Positions 13,701 to 25,521 of a DNA stretch of 64,000 nt are shown one piece after another; the stretch's first letter is position 1; every line of letters begins with the position of its first letter. Below the pieces are notes generated by a model. The model did no database searches, was not told the DNA's origin, and saw only the letters and a list, made by a program, of their open reading frames with translations. Position numbers and translations under genes: made by a program. The stretch is from Balanoglossus misakiensis (Eukaryota; Animalia; Hemichordata): the NCBI GenBank assembly GCA_040954595.2, contig CM082593.2, positions 6,270,172 through 6,334,171 on the forward strand, read 5' to 3'.

Positions 13701-16700
13701 GATGTATATTTCCTCCTTATAAGTGCAAACCTGTAAACTTGTGATCAGTGTGTGGCTGTTTCATACAAATTATACAAAATTAAATTGAGTGTTTTGTTCT
13801 TCTTTTTATTATAATTTCAGATTGCAGAATCTTTTCCCGGAGCTGAACCTTTTGCATCACAGGCACCAGTAACAGAAACTCCCAAGGAGCCAGTGCTTCT
13901 CAAGAAACCGCCCAAGTGGCTCAGAACTCCTGTAGGAGCGAGTTTTGGCGTAAGTGAATCTTTTGATCTATTTCTGAAAAAAAAGGTGTGTGGTGGTTTA
14001 ATCAGACTTGTAGGTAGGCTATTTTGACTTGGGGCACTGCGAACTGGAAACAAGAATAGTTGACTTAGAGGGCGTTGTGAATCTAGCAGCATCTCGTATT
14101 GTCGTAGAGGGCGCTGTTGGAGTTGCCAGCTTGTTGTCATGACCTTAGAGGTAATCGACCAATTCAAACGATGTCATTGCACATGTGATACCATAGTTTC
14201 AAGTGAATAACTTTAGTTATATGCCGAAGCTTTGCATGCATTGTTTTCTAATAACTGTGAACCTACGACTATTCTCTGGCAGTTTGGTGGAAAGCTGATC
14301 ACGTTTGAGACAACCCCACAGACTCCCCAACAACAACAGCAGAGAATTGCAAGAGAGGTCCGCATCAGTCAAGTTGTGACTGAGAGCGACCTCCTGAAGA
14401 GATCGATTCAGCTTGAAGCAACGCTACAGAACGCAAACTACACAGACTTCTGCAATATGAAGATTTCTAGTGCGAAAAATGAATTTGAAGCTAAAATTTG
14501 GAATTTTCTCAAGGTGAGTGTCAGGTGATTGTAGCTGTAATTGTTCATGTCAAAAGATCTGTGATTGTCAAGTTTGTTGCATTTTATGTTGAAAGTTTAT
14601 TTAAAATGTTTTTTATTCGTTGACATGAATACATTTACATTGCTCTGCATTAGTCCTTTGATTTAAAAATGGTTACTGTCATTTGACTGCATAGACGAGA
14701 AAACTGTAATCATAGATATTTTTTTTAATTACAGGTTAATTTTGAGAAAAATTCTCGGGAACACTTCCTGTCTCTACTCGGCTACGACCACCGCGAGTTG
14801 AGTAAGAAATTAGGACCGTCTGTGGGTGACACAGTCTCTGTGGCCAATGGTACGGACACTGGCGTCAGTGCTACAGAGCTAGCGGAGAAAATGAAAGAGT
14901 TGGCCGCCGATGGGAAATCGTTGGATGCGAGGCTTGGCAGCGGTCAAAACACCCCAAGTATGGATTCTAAGGTAAGAGGGAATGCTGGGAGTTTATGTGT
15001 GTGATGGGGAATAAGGTGATGGCGAGTGGTAAGGCATTGTTTGGTTTTATTACAAATTCTGTGGGGATTGGTATGAAAAGGCTTTTGCATTAAGACTATA
15101 CATTTCTAGCAAGTAGGAGTATACTATAATGCAAACGAAATCAATTCTATATTTTCTGTGTACCCCATCTTATTGTTCAAAACTTTTCTTTCATATCATA
15201 ATAGACACCAGACAGCGACGCAGCGGCAGCGTTTGATGTGATAGCCTCTCACGGAGCAGTAGAAATCAACACAGGAAAGAAACAGGACTCCCGATCGCAG
15301 TCGCCGTTTCCAATCTGCACCGATGAAGGTACCGAGTATTTCTTCTCTCATTCAATCCACATACACTGCATGGTATGCCGTGATTGTAGAAATTTTTTGC
15401 ATTGGACACGTTGGTATATTTTATTTAACACAACAATCTGATTTTTGATCTGCATTTTTTGTAGATGCAGACGGTTTAATCAGTCAGTCACTGTTAGCGG
15501 GTAATTTTGAAGCTGCCGTAGAAATCTGTCTGAAATCAGATCGGTTGGCAGACGCCATTGTGTTGGCTATCGCTGGTGGTACGCATTTACTGGCGAGGAC
15601 ACAGCGCAAATATTTTGAAAAAATGAAGACACCAACATCTAGGGTAAGTTTGTGTGTTTATATGCATGTGAGTCAGTGTGTGTGTGTGTGTCTCTCTCTC
15701 TCTCTCTCTGTCTGTGTGTGTGTGTCTGTGTTTGTGTGTGTGTCTGTGTAAACCCTCATATCAAGGATAAGTAAATCTCAAACTATAATTTAAAGTTCTA
15801 TACCAACTATAGTCCATGGTAACTTATATGTTTTTTTTTCCTGCAGTTGATATCAGCCATAGTTACCAAAGACTGGTCGGACATAGTGAATTACTGCGAA
15901 TTGGAGAATTGGACAGAAGCCTTGGCTGCGTTGATGACGTATTCAAAAGCTGAAGAATTCTCAACTCTCTGTGGTGAGTGTGACAATATAGCACAGAACT
16001 GGGGGGGGGGGGGGGGGGGAGTGTGCACAATTACTCAAAGACTTGTAAAACTACTAAAAGCTGGACTATCCTGAAATTCAAGTTGCTCAAGTATAAAAAT
16101 CCACTTCTCAGTGTCAGTTAAGAGAAAACCGTCTTGTCCATTACTTCATCAAGATTTTGATCTCTTCACAGACACTCTGGGAAAACGTCTGGAAAGCGAA
16201 CAGGACGGAGTAATGAGTGTCAATGCCTGTCTGTGCTACATATGCTCAGGAAGCATTGACAACTTGGTGTCATGTTGGACGAAGATGACGACCAACAACA
16301 ATTCACCACAGGCGCTGCAGGCAAGTGTGGCAATATTTGTCATGAATTCTGTAATTCTGATGGTGGTATTACATTTAGTTTTGACATATTTATTGGTGTA
16401 AGTTACTCATCTCTAGTTTTTGGATGCAAGAATTTCACTGACCATTCTGCTTTCATGCATGTGGTAACCAATGATAGGGAAATTCTGATGTGCATAGGAA
16501 GGTCCAGTGTTCAATGTGCATAGATGGATTTTCAACATTTATGTATGTAGTATACACATGGGCACTCTGAGAAGTTTCCCAGTCTCAATCCATAGCTTTC
16601 CTATTAGTCCATGATAAATAAGCAGGTTGTATCAGTCAGAACTCTGACATCATTGGCACAGAAAACTACCTTAGAATGGCACTGATTCTATTGATTCCAA

Positions 16701-19700
16701 CACTGACTTGTTCAATTCTGCCTTCCAGGACTTGATTGAGAAAGTGATGATTCTCAAACGAGCGGTCGAGTTGACCAAGGGACGGGGCGCAGACACCAGC
16801 AGCCGTGGTCTAGCCAATAAACTTAGTGAATATGCCAAGCTGTTAGCGGCTCAAGGTAGCCTAGCAACAGCCATGCAGTATCTGGGAGAATCGCAGGAGG
16901 TAAAATAGATAGGGCTTTGTGAATGAATGAATGAATGAATGAATATATGTGTGTGTGTATTTATGGTTGTATGTATATATGTTTGTATGTAAATATGTAT
17001 GTATGTGTGTATGTACATGTATGTGTGTATGTATGTATGTATGTATGTGTATGTACATGTATGTATATCTGTAATGTATGTATGTATGTATGTATGTATG
17101 CATGCGTGTATGTATGTATGTATCAGTGTATGAATGAAATACCAAATAATTGAATTTGTAAAATATGTCAAGGTTCAAATGACCTCCAGTTGCTGATTTC
17201 CGTGTTTAAATCCGCTCCTTCATGATTGTTCTTTCAGCAATCCATCTCGGAATTGCGGGATCGTCTCTACAAGGCCCAAGGAGATGCGGTGTCAAATCTT
17301 CCGGAACCACCCTTTCCGTTCAAGAGAGTATCAGTCCGGGATAAACCTGAACCGACTCCAAGTCCAACACCTGTGCAGACAACACAACAACAACAGTATC
17401 AACAGGTAGGCATGATAACAATATACATAGTAATAGCTTACATTCTCATCTGCAAACACTTTGTAAATTTTTGTAGGATCTGCAGTGCATTGTTTTGGAA
17501 ATTGAATTCATTGTGGATTTTGCTGTTGATCTGTGCCATGCTGTCTCCAGATTGAACTATGACCCTTACTGACCTAAAAACTTTGATTCACACACAGGGC
17601 GTTGGAGTGAATTCTTTCCAGACGTCAACTGTAACGAGTAGTCAATACGCTGCAACCCAGGTGACAACGCAAGCCAGGCCGCAGCAGCGACAACCGCAAC
17701 AACAGTACTTCAACTACGACGACCAGATCGCCAATCAACCGGCCGGGGCGTACGAGACCACGCCCAAAGCAGCGGAGACCGCCGCCACCACCACGAATAT
17801 TTACTCAAAGCAGGGCGGGTTCGGGAAGTACCCGCAGTACCCGCAGAGCACCCTCACGCAGGGCTACAGCTACCCGGCCCACCAGGCCGGCTACAGCCAG
17901 GCCGGGTACGGCCAGTACGGACAGGGTACCACCACTGGTGGTGGTCCCGCCTCCGCCAACTACGGTGGCACGCCCAGTAGCTACAACACCAACACCACCG
18001 CCACCGCCAGTCAGCCCTACATGACCACCGGGATGGGCGCTGGCGGCGGTTACGGCCAACCGGCGGTGAGCACGCCAGGTGCGCCCAATATGGCCGGGCA
18101 GACAGGTGCGCCGGTGGTGGAGCCTCACGCAGCCATGGGGGCTGATTCGGCGCCTGGCTGGAATGATCCGCCATTGGTCAGATCCAAAAAGGTATGCGCT
18201 GTTTCGTTGTCGCTTATCGCAAGGTAGTGCGGTCAAAATGTCAGATAACGTCAGCACATCTTGTATGTACAAGTATAGCTGTATATTTATCCATTTACAC
18301 CAGTTATGCGCATCTTATGGTGGTACAGGCTGTATGATTTGTAAGAATTTTGCAATTTGCATTTTATTTCCGACATAAATTACCATCAATGAATGTTATG
18401 ATTTCACTATTTCTGGCCACATCGCAGCCTTCAATATCAGAAGCTTCTCTATCCATTGTAAATCACTTCTTTTTTTGAACCGTCCAATTTCCAGCCGGCA
18501 CCGGCCAAACAGCAGTACGTCGCCCCGGAGCCGATCACCACGCCCATATTCGGCGTCCCCCAAGAGGAGGTGCCCTCCCCGCCGGGCGTCGTCAACCAGG
18601 ACGCGCCCGGTGCACCCACGCCCTACGGACAACCCTCACAGGTATACAACCCAAGTGTTTACCAACCACAACAACATCAACAACAACAAAACACACCAGC
18701 AATTATTCCTCCTACTCCAATGTCTCCTACGTCAAGAACGCAGGTAACACCTCGGAAACGCGGAGAAATCTGGCAAAAGCTGAGAAAAAAGCAGGACTGT
18801 GCACTGTGTATACCCTAACAAGTTGATGTTCTGTCCTCTTAATCTTACTCAGGTTATCCTGTACAATAGTACAGTCCTCCATTTTAATGCAACTAAAACC
18901 AGTATTCACTAATCCAATAACCGTCATCTGTGTTACTGTAACCTGCTTCTTTTCTTTGCTTTTGCACTGTGTTTCTCTTCGTTTTTCTAACAAATCTAAC
19001 TTGTATTTTACTTTCTGGTATTAAATGCTAATGTAGCTATTTATTTTCCTAATGTAATGTAACTCACTTTGTATTTGTAACATGTACAGTGATTTGCTCG
19101 AGTGTGTGGTAACTGTCTTCCAGAATATAAATAGTTGGTGCACTTTATTGCTGATACAGAAAACATGTGCATAGTCTCAATACAAGAGGTGTGCTTGTAC
19201 AACCGATGCATGTACAGTTGCAGTACAGAGCATACACACACCTGGCCAAGAATCGTACCCACTGAAAAGTCGTTCTCTGTTTCAGCCGAGCCAACCGGAA
19301 CCTGAGCCCCCAAAGGAGAAGCCCCCAATCCCATCAGAACACCAAGTCTTGAGCGATACCTTTGACGGCTTAACCCAGAGATGTAGTAATGCTGCCAAAA
19401 ATCCTGTGAGTTCATTTACTTTGTTTTGTTAGCATTATTTCAGCTGGTGATCAATGACCAGTACATTAAACATTTCTGTAGTTAGTGTACTAGGAAGGTT
19501 TTTTCATGAAGTTGATATATTTTCTTTTTTTTATCCGCAGCAAATGAAGAGGAAACTAGATGATGTCAATAAAAGATTGAATGCACTGTACGATAAACTT
19601 AGAGAAAACGCTGTAAGTATTATACAAGCCAGGTTATTTGCTGAGATGCTCGTGTCCAGTTTTCCATCTTTTTTTTCTTTTTCTTTTTTTTTTTGGGGGG

Positions 19701-20117
19701 GGGGAGCTTATTGCCTTAATGTGATGTCAATCTTTTGTACGGAAGTTGCCCCCTCCCACCAAAAAAAAAATAGGCAACTGCCCTTATGGTGGTATACCAG
19801 TTAAAACCCAGTGGATCATGAATATTTTGTCAGACAAATTCTCGACTGACTTGTTTCTGTAACTTTATGGGAAAGCTTATTTGCCAATCGAGTATGGTTC
19901 TCTGTTTTATATAATTATTTTTTTTTTACATTTTCAGTTATCACCCAATGTACTGTCAGGGCTCCATGAAATGTCACAAGCTATCAACAATTACGATTAT
20001 CAACACGGTCTGGGCGTACACCAACATATAGTGGCCAGCGCGAATTTCTCGGAAATCGGAACATTTATGCCGGGACTCAAGGTGCTGATGCAAGTGGCTA
20101 CGCAACTCAAGGTTTAA
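10719..20117 (+). CDS. SEC31: Protein transport protein Sec31 (COPII outer coat; WD40 beta-propeller, ACE1 alpha-solenoid, Pro-rich region, C-terminal helical domain), 20 coding exons
   Basis: Exons read with phase-consistent splice sites: 10719-10831, 11511-11751, 11936-12073, 12302-12442, 12787-12929, 13302-13575, 13821-13949, 14283-14513, 14735-14971, 15205-15328, 15465-15643, 15847-15973, 16172-16320, 16729-16899, 17238-17405, 17598-18191, 18495-18743, 19286-19405, 19541-19612, 19938-20117. Characteristic Sec31 peptides: [130 protein letters not shown]. Confidence 0.97.
13006..13240. mobile_element. 235-bp MITE with TTAA target-site duplication (Kolobok-like, non-autonomous) in a SEC31 intron
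   Basis: TIR core AAGGGGTCGTCGCGCCGCGT / ACGCGGCGCGACGACCCCTT, with TTAA at 13002-13005 and 13241-13244. Superfamily inferred from the TTAA TSD and purine-purine termini. Confidence 0.75.
15675..15750. repeat. (TG)n/(TC)n compound microsatellite
   Basis: Read directly; intronic. Confidence 0.85.
16917..17137. repeat. (ATGA)n/(TATG)n degenerate microsatellite
   Basis: Read directly; intronic. Confidence 0.9.
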
Positions 20118-21297
20118 CCCGTGTCACTCCATCCACCCCCATTTCACGATGGTTTGGTCCAAATTCGCCTTTGTTAACAATGGAATTGGGTGGAACTATT
20201 GTGGTGTATGGGGGTTAAGTGCAGGTTACCTTGCGACTTAGGGTTTCACTTTACTGGTATCTACTGATACGTGGCTACTCTGATCGTGATAATGGACCAT
20301 ATTTCGCAAAAATCCTGTAATGAAATATTTTTTCCTTTGAGGCAATTCTTTGACATGAAAGTACAGTGTAATTGAATCTGTGTCCAATTCTTCGGATAAG
20401 CGTGTTGGTGGCAGATCTCGGCCGAAGTCAATGTTATCTTCTGTCTGACTCAAAAAGTCAAATTTGACTCAAAAGTAGTTGTTCTGAAAATGCAGTCAGT
20501 GAAAATCCACAGAATTTATCTGCATCCAAGATAAAATACAAATTTTACAAAATATTTGTAAATATTAATTAGATACGCTGTCTTTATTGAGATAGTTAGA
20601 CCCTGTCAAGCACTTCACTTCGTCTATTTTCACTTTTAATTCATAGTCGCGTAAGAAAAGTACAGATGTGTTTATTTTTATTGTGCAAGTTTAGGTTTTT
20701 GGACCGTATTTGCGTAGGGTTTGATAATCACAAAAGAACAGTCTTCAGGAAGCAACACTTCCAGTCTCTGCAGTTCTTCAAGGATATAAATGTGATGATT
20801 ATGATTTTATACTTCTTTTGAAAGTATGATAGTAAGAAATTGGAACTTGCCTTTCAAGAGCCGAAAAACTGCAATGACTATCAAATTTGTAAGTTCCATT
20901 CGGCCAGTAAGTTTCCCAGACTCCCATCATTACAGTCAAAGAAAAGTTGCAAGAAATATTTATTTTTAATCGCACTTTTTCCTTCAAGTATATTTCAAAC
21001 ATAACAAGAAGTGGTCGCCATGGACACACATTCACAACATAGGACATTCCAACCAGTGACATTGCCCGACGAAAACATTTTATTTTGTAAAATTGCAGAT
21101 GATGTATTCCCAATTTTTGCCATGTAGTAACATATGGCATATTAAAAAATCTTTCTCGAAATACTTGGTGTCTGTGTCTTTTACAATGATTGCAGTGTGA
21201 AAACCACACTGTCTGGTGTTATGGCAGAACAGACTCCATGACCTCTGCGTACAATCTGTGCTGTATGGCAGTTATTTTTATAAGTAGTGGGTGTATT

Positions 21298-21460
21298 TAG
21301 ACTCTCTCACAGCCCCTCTCGCCGTCCATGCAGGCTTATAGTCTGATTGCATGTGTGAAGGTTCGCTACACAACACCATATGGGGCTTCTCCTTTGCTAA
21401 ACGGTTGAGGGCGCATCAGTGAAGAGCCTTGTAGCGAACCGTGGGCTGTGAAAGAGTCTA
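21298..21460. mobile_element. 163-bp MITE with TAG...CTA termini and a 10-bp TSD (Academ/AcademH-like by termini)
   Basis: TIR TAGACTCTCTCACAGCCC / GGGCTGTGAAAGAGTCTA. Perfect direct repeat TGGGTGTATT at 21288-21297 and 21461-21470. Inner inverted repeat GGTTCGCTACA/TGTAGCGAACC. Confidence 0.8.
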
Positions 21461-21969
21461 TGGGTGTATTCTGTGGCAGTACTTTCATAGACAGCAATCT
21501 CATGCAGTGACTCGGTGGTTATGAACGTCAACATTGTTTGATCAATATAATACCTCCTCTGAAAAAAGGGGAGTTATAAAACCCACAGTTGGCTAAGAAT
21601 GGCAGTAATTCTAATAAATTCTTTGGAGGGACGTTTGGAATATGTTTATTTTTGAGTCCTGCATGTGTTGGTGAGAGGTAATATACCAGATGGTGCCTAT
21701 TTTGCATGATACTAAATCACCGCTCTTGAGCACTAAGTCCACAATACCGACCTGGTTCCAGCACAACAATCGCTTAAACTGAACGAGGAAGTCCAGAATT
21801 AGAAATGGCAAGAGATAGCGGGTACAATAACACGTACATAAATCAATCGAGCAGACCTGTTGGACATTGTGTCATTAAGCAATTAAGAAGGAAAAAAATA
21901 ACAAAATCCACACATGCGTGTATTCTTTGGTGGGCAGGCTAATAAACTTCGAATTCCTGAAATGGCAAA

Positions 21970-22075
21970 TAGACATGACGACAGTTCCACACTGACCAAT
22001 GGACGTTGGATGCAGTTAATGTACACGCAAGTTTGTAATTAATGTAAACAGCACAACGTATATATAAAAAGAGCC
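21970..22075 (+). promoter_or_regulatory. CCAAT + TATA Pol II promoter of cassette unit 1
   Basis: ACATGACGACAG at ~21973, TGACCAATGG (CCAAT 21996) and TATAAAAAG at 22063. The same islands are conserved in unit 2 while the sequence between them has diverged. Confidence 0.7.
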
Positions 22076-22127
22076 TCCCGACTGCTCTATCGCCAGGAAC
22101 ATCACAAAGCTGCAGACACCCACGAAC

Positions 22128-22568
22128 ATGGCAGGTGGGACATTTTACCTGTGGCATTAATTTTTGCAAATAATTTGTGTCAATCTTTCAATGATCGCAG
22201 AGAATGTGTTGTTTCCACATCCTCTATCTGAACGTATACAATGAACTGAACTATTAACATATCGTTTCGTATTTTTCATTCCAGCAAACCGCGGAGATTT
22301 CCGCCTCGGGATCGAACATACAACAATCGCAGTTGCTTACCGAGATGGAATAGTGCGCGTGCGTGTACGAAAACGCAATTCAAGTCTTATGATAACGTGC
22401 TCATTAGACTTACTGCGACTGCGTATTAGAACACGCAATGCAACTCTGATGATAACTTGCCCATTAGACTATTTCACGAGAGCAGTGACTGTTTTAAGTG
22501 TAAGAACGATGAGAATGATCCGAGGTTTGCTGCTGTGGGCATGGTATATTGACAATAACGTAAGATAA
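22128..22568 (+). CDS. Unrecognised 96-aa Arg-rich small protein with an internal 19-aa repeat (cassette unit 1), two exons 22128-22134 and 22285-22568
   Basis: AAC-ATG-GCA-G|GTGGGA donor and TTTTTCATTCCAG acceptor. The spliced frame is open: MAANRGDFRLGIEHTTIAVAYRDGIVRVRVRKRNSSLMITCSLDLLRLRIRTRNATLMITCPLDYFTRAVTVLSVRTMRMIRGLLLWAWYIDNNVR. The unit 2 paralog differs by frame-preserving indels and by synonymous and missense substitutions. Confidence 0.7.
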
Positions 22569-22606
22569 AAAGACAATCGAAACCGGAAAGGACACGAAAA
22601 TTTGTC

Positions 22607-22763
22607 CCCTATCATTGGTATGTACCTTGTCGTGGTGATAGGGCAACTGGCCAGAGTCTGGTTCCCGTATTCCTCAACGTCTTAGGATCGGAAACTCTTC
22701 CATCAGTAAGACAAGCAACGGATACGTGTGACGTCAGAGACTGGCGAGACCAAATCATACCAA
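22607..22763 (+). ncRNA. HDV-like (delta-like) self-cleaving ribozyme 1A
   Basis: P1 CCCUAUC/GAUAGGG; P2 UUGGUAUG/CAUACCAA; P3 ACC/GGU; L3 UUGUCGU; P1.1 UG/CA; P4 CUGGCCAG..CUGGCGAG; J4/2 ACCAAA with the catalytic-position C at 22750. Same topology and junction lengths as the antigenomic HDV ribozyme. Confidence 0.85.
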
Positions 22764-22988
22764 GAGAGAGAAAAAGAAGTCTGCATGGATCCCTTGGAGC
22801 GACAGTAAATCACAATACCAAACGCTGACGCCAAGCCACTGGGTCAGTCGAAAAAAGAAGCAATTTTCAACCACAAACGAAAACAGACACCAACCCTGTC
22901 GACCGTCTCCAAGCCATAACCGACGTACTGTACATGTACTACGGACACAGTTAAACGCATTCATGCACACACACAGAACACCAACATT

Positions 22989-23121
22989 CCCTACCTAAGG
23001 CATGTACCTTGACGCGGTGGTAGGGCAACTAATTGGTTAGCAAAAGTTCAATGCAAGCGAAAAAAATAATTCTACAGAATCGTTACGTTTCATTTGCTAA
23101 CCAATTAGACCAAAACATGCC
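22989..23121 (+). ncRNA. HDV-like ribozyme 1B
   Basis: P1 CCCUACC/GGUAGGG; P2 GGCAUGU/ACAUGCC; P3 ACC/GGU; L3 UUGACGC; P1.1 UG/CA; 16-bp P4 CUAAUUGGUUAGCAAA/UUUGCUAACCAAUUAG; J4/2 ACCAAA (C at 23110). Confidence 0.88.
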
Positions 23122-24121
23122 GATCACATCCAAACCCCGAACACGAACTTCAGAAGTACACGAGAAATGATTCATACAAATGTACGAGCGTCACCCGCTA
23201 TGCCACGTACATATAGGCTTATATTACACCAATATGTATTTTATTAAAAATCATTAACAAGATTAGAGTTACAGTAAATATACCCTGCATGTTCCACACG
23301 TCCATCTAACCATGTAAGCACACAAGACGCCCAAATGGCAGGCTGGCATAGCGCATACTGCAAAACGGGCGCACGAACATGTAGCCACAGAAAACTGGTT
23401 CTTCGCGATCTCATATTTTTCTGTCAAAGTCTGCTCCTTTGCGGCAACGGCTACTGCGTTCGTGGAACGGAAACAAAGCCCTAGCTCACGTGAATGCACA
23501 ACAAGGAACAAAAGTTTGCCGGACTGTTCATATCATGGCAGATGACTTAACGGCCGACACTGGGGTGACATCACACAGGTTTATTTGGCCCCGCCCATTA
23601 AACAATAGGTCTTCTTTTCAAACGCAAAACAAACGAAATGTCACAGCCTGGGCACGCTGGACATTCACCTCAGACACCCATAGAACCTTCTGGAAAGCCC
23701 CGAAAAGTTGAAGATTTACCAAAATAGTCCTTAAAAATCAGTGGAAAAACCCTGGACGTATATTGACCATTTTATTTGCATATCTGGGGCAGCTGACAAA
23801 TAGGTCTTTGTTTACGCCCCAACAACGAGAAATAAAGATTTTGTGAAGTATGAAGTATTTTAATACGGGCGCATGGTATGTCGATACAATAGGTCTAGGT
23901 ATGTGCACAAGAACAGTGGGTCGTAAAATACACTATTTTATACTTGTTTATGTGTGTCTGTAATTTTGTTTGTCTGTCATCTTTAACTTCTTGCACTGCG
24001 GCTGATCGACACTGAGGTATATGACAAATCGAAAATAATGTAAAATGTGAACACTAAATTATAGACAAGAAGACGTCTAACCTATCCAAGCATTTTATCC
24101 AAGCATTGTAATCAAGTGTAT

Positions 24122-24125
24122 GAGA

Positions 24126-24188
<63 letters not shown>

Positions 24189-24204
24189 AGAGAGAGAGAG
24201 AGAG
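24122..24204. repeat. (GA)n microsatellite
   Basis: Read directly. Confidence 0.95.
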
Positions 24205-24289
24205 TCGGTCAGACAGACAGAGAAATAGACAGACATATCTTGGGTCGTGCTTTGAGTCATGAGTGTGTTCAATACAAACGGTTGACAAG

Positions 24290-24392
24290 TAAACATGACG
24301 ACAGCCTCGGGCAGGCCCGCACATTGACCAATGGATGATGGCTACTGAAACAGCAATGCGCACGCAAGTACAGCACAACGTATAAAAAGAGC
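24290..24392 (+). promoter_or_regulatory. CCAAT + TATA Pol II promoter of cassette unit 2
   Basis: ACATGACGACAG at ~24293, TGACCAATGG (CCAAT 24328), TATAAAAAG at 24381. Confidence 0.7.
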
Positions 24393-24445
24393 CTCCCGAC
24401 TGCTCTATCGTCAGGTAGTCGGAACATCACAAAGCTACAGACACC

Positions 24446-24847
24446 ATGAGCATCGCAGGTGAGGCATTTTACCTATGGCATTTGCAAATAATTTGCGTTG
24501 ATCTTTCTATTCAATGATCACAGAGAATTTGCTGTCGCCAAATCCTCTGTCTGAATGTACATGGACTGAATCAGTTCGACTCTTTTATTCCAGCAAACCT
24601 CACAGATTTTCTCCGACACACGACGATAACGGTTGTTTACCAGGATGGAGAAGTGCGTGTGCGTGTACGAAAACACAATTTGACTCTTCTTATGATAACT
24701 TGCTCCTTTGACTTTCTGCGACTGCGTATTAGAACACACAACGCAACTCTGATGATAATTTGTCCATTGGACTATTTCACGAGGGCAGTGACTGTTTCAA
24801 GAGTACAAGCGATGCGAATGATTCGAGGTTTGCTGCGGTGGGTATAA
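24446..24847 (+). CDS. Unrecognised 88-aa Arg-rich small protein (cassette unit 2 paralog), two exons 24446-24458 and 24594-24847
   Basis: ACC-ATG-AGC-ATC-GCA-G|GTGAGG donor and TCTTTTATTCCAG acceptor. The spliced frame is open: MSIAANLTDFLRHTTITVVYQDGEVRVRVRKHNLTLLMITCSFDFLRLRIRTHNATLMIICPLDYFTRAVTVSRVQAMRMIRGLLRWV. Confidence 0.7.
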
Positions 24848-25009
24848 TAGTGTCAGATAAGGAGACATTCGAGCTTCATAAAGATGTGAAGCCAGATAGC
24901 CAGGGCGGTTCCGTATGATTTCCATGTGCATGGTAACGGGCTACGGCCTGCACCAACTCCATCAACATATGTCTCTATCTACCTCCGTGTACAATCAGGA
25001 AGGACAATC

Positions 25010-25521
25010 ATCGCTATCCTAAGCTGAACAACAAAAAAAAAACTCGAAAAAAAGACCCCTGTCATGGGTCCCTTGTTTACGATAACGAAATCGAAACAAA
25101 AAAAAAATCGCTACCCGAAGCGGAACAACAAAAAAACACGAAAAAAAAAAACCCTGTCATGGGTCCCTTGTTTACGATAACGAAATCGAAACAAAACAAA
25201 TCGCTACCCGAAGCGGAACAACAAAAAACACGAAAAAAAAACCCTGTATCGGTCCGTTGTTTACGATAAACGAAATCGAAACAACAAAAAAATCGGTACC
25301 CTAAGCTGAACAACAAAAAAAACACGAAAAAAAGACCCCTGTCATGGGTCCCTTGTTTACGATATAGAAATCGAAACAAAACAAATCGCTACCCGAAGCG
25401 GAACAACAAAAAACACGAAAAAAAAAACCCTGTATCGGTCCGTTGTTTACGATAAACGAAATCGAAACAACAAAAAAATCGGTACCCTAAGCTGAACAAA
25501 AAAAAAACACGAAAAAAAGAC
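25010..25521 (+). repeat. A-rich minisatellite, ~90-95 bp period, ~5.5 copies, running into ribozyme 2A
   Basis: CCCTGT(C/A) recurs at 25057, 25152, 25242, 25337 and 25428. The next position in register is CCCTATC at 25522, the ribozyme P1. Confidence 0.92.

Noticed and set aside
17805-18632. Long antisense and alternative-frame ORFs over SEC31 exons
   Set aside because: They are shadows of the GC-rich, Pro/Gln/Gly-rich SEC31 coding exons.
22607-22650. Minus-strand reading of the repeated motif as a spliced-leader RNA (..GACAAG|GTACAT in a hairpin)
   Set aside because: There is no conserved Sm site across copies. The plus-strand HDV fold explains all conserved positions and the G-U wobble polarity.
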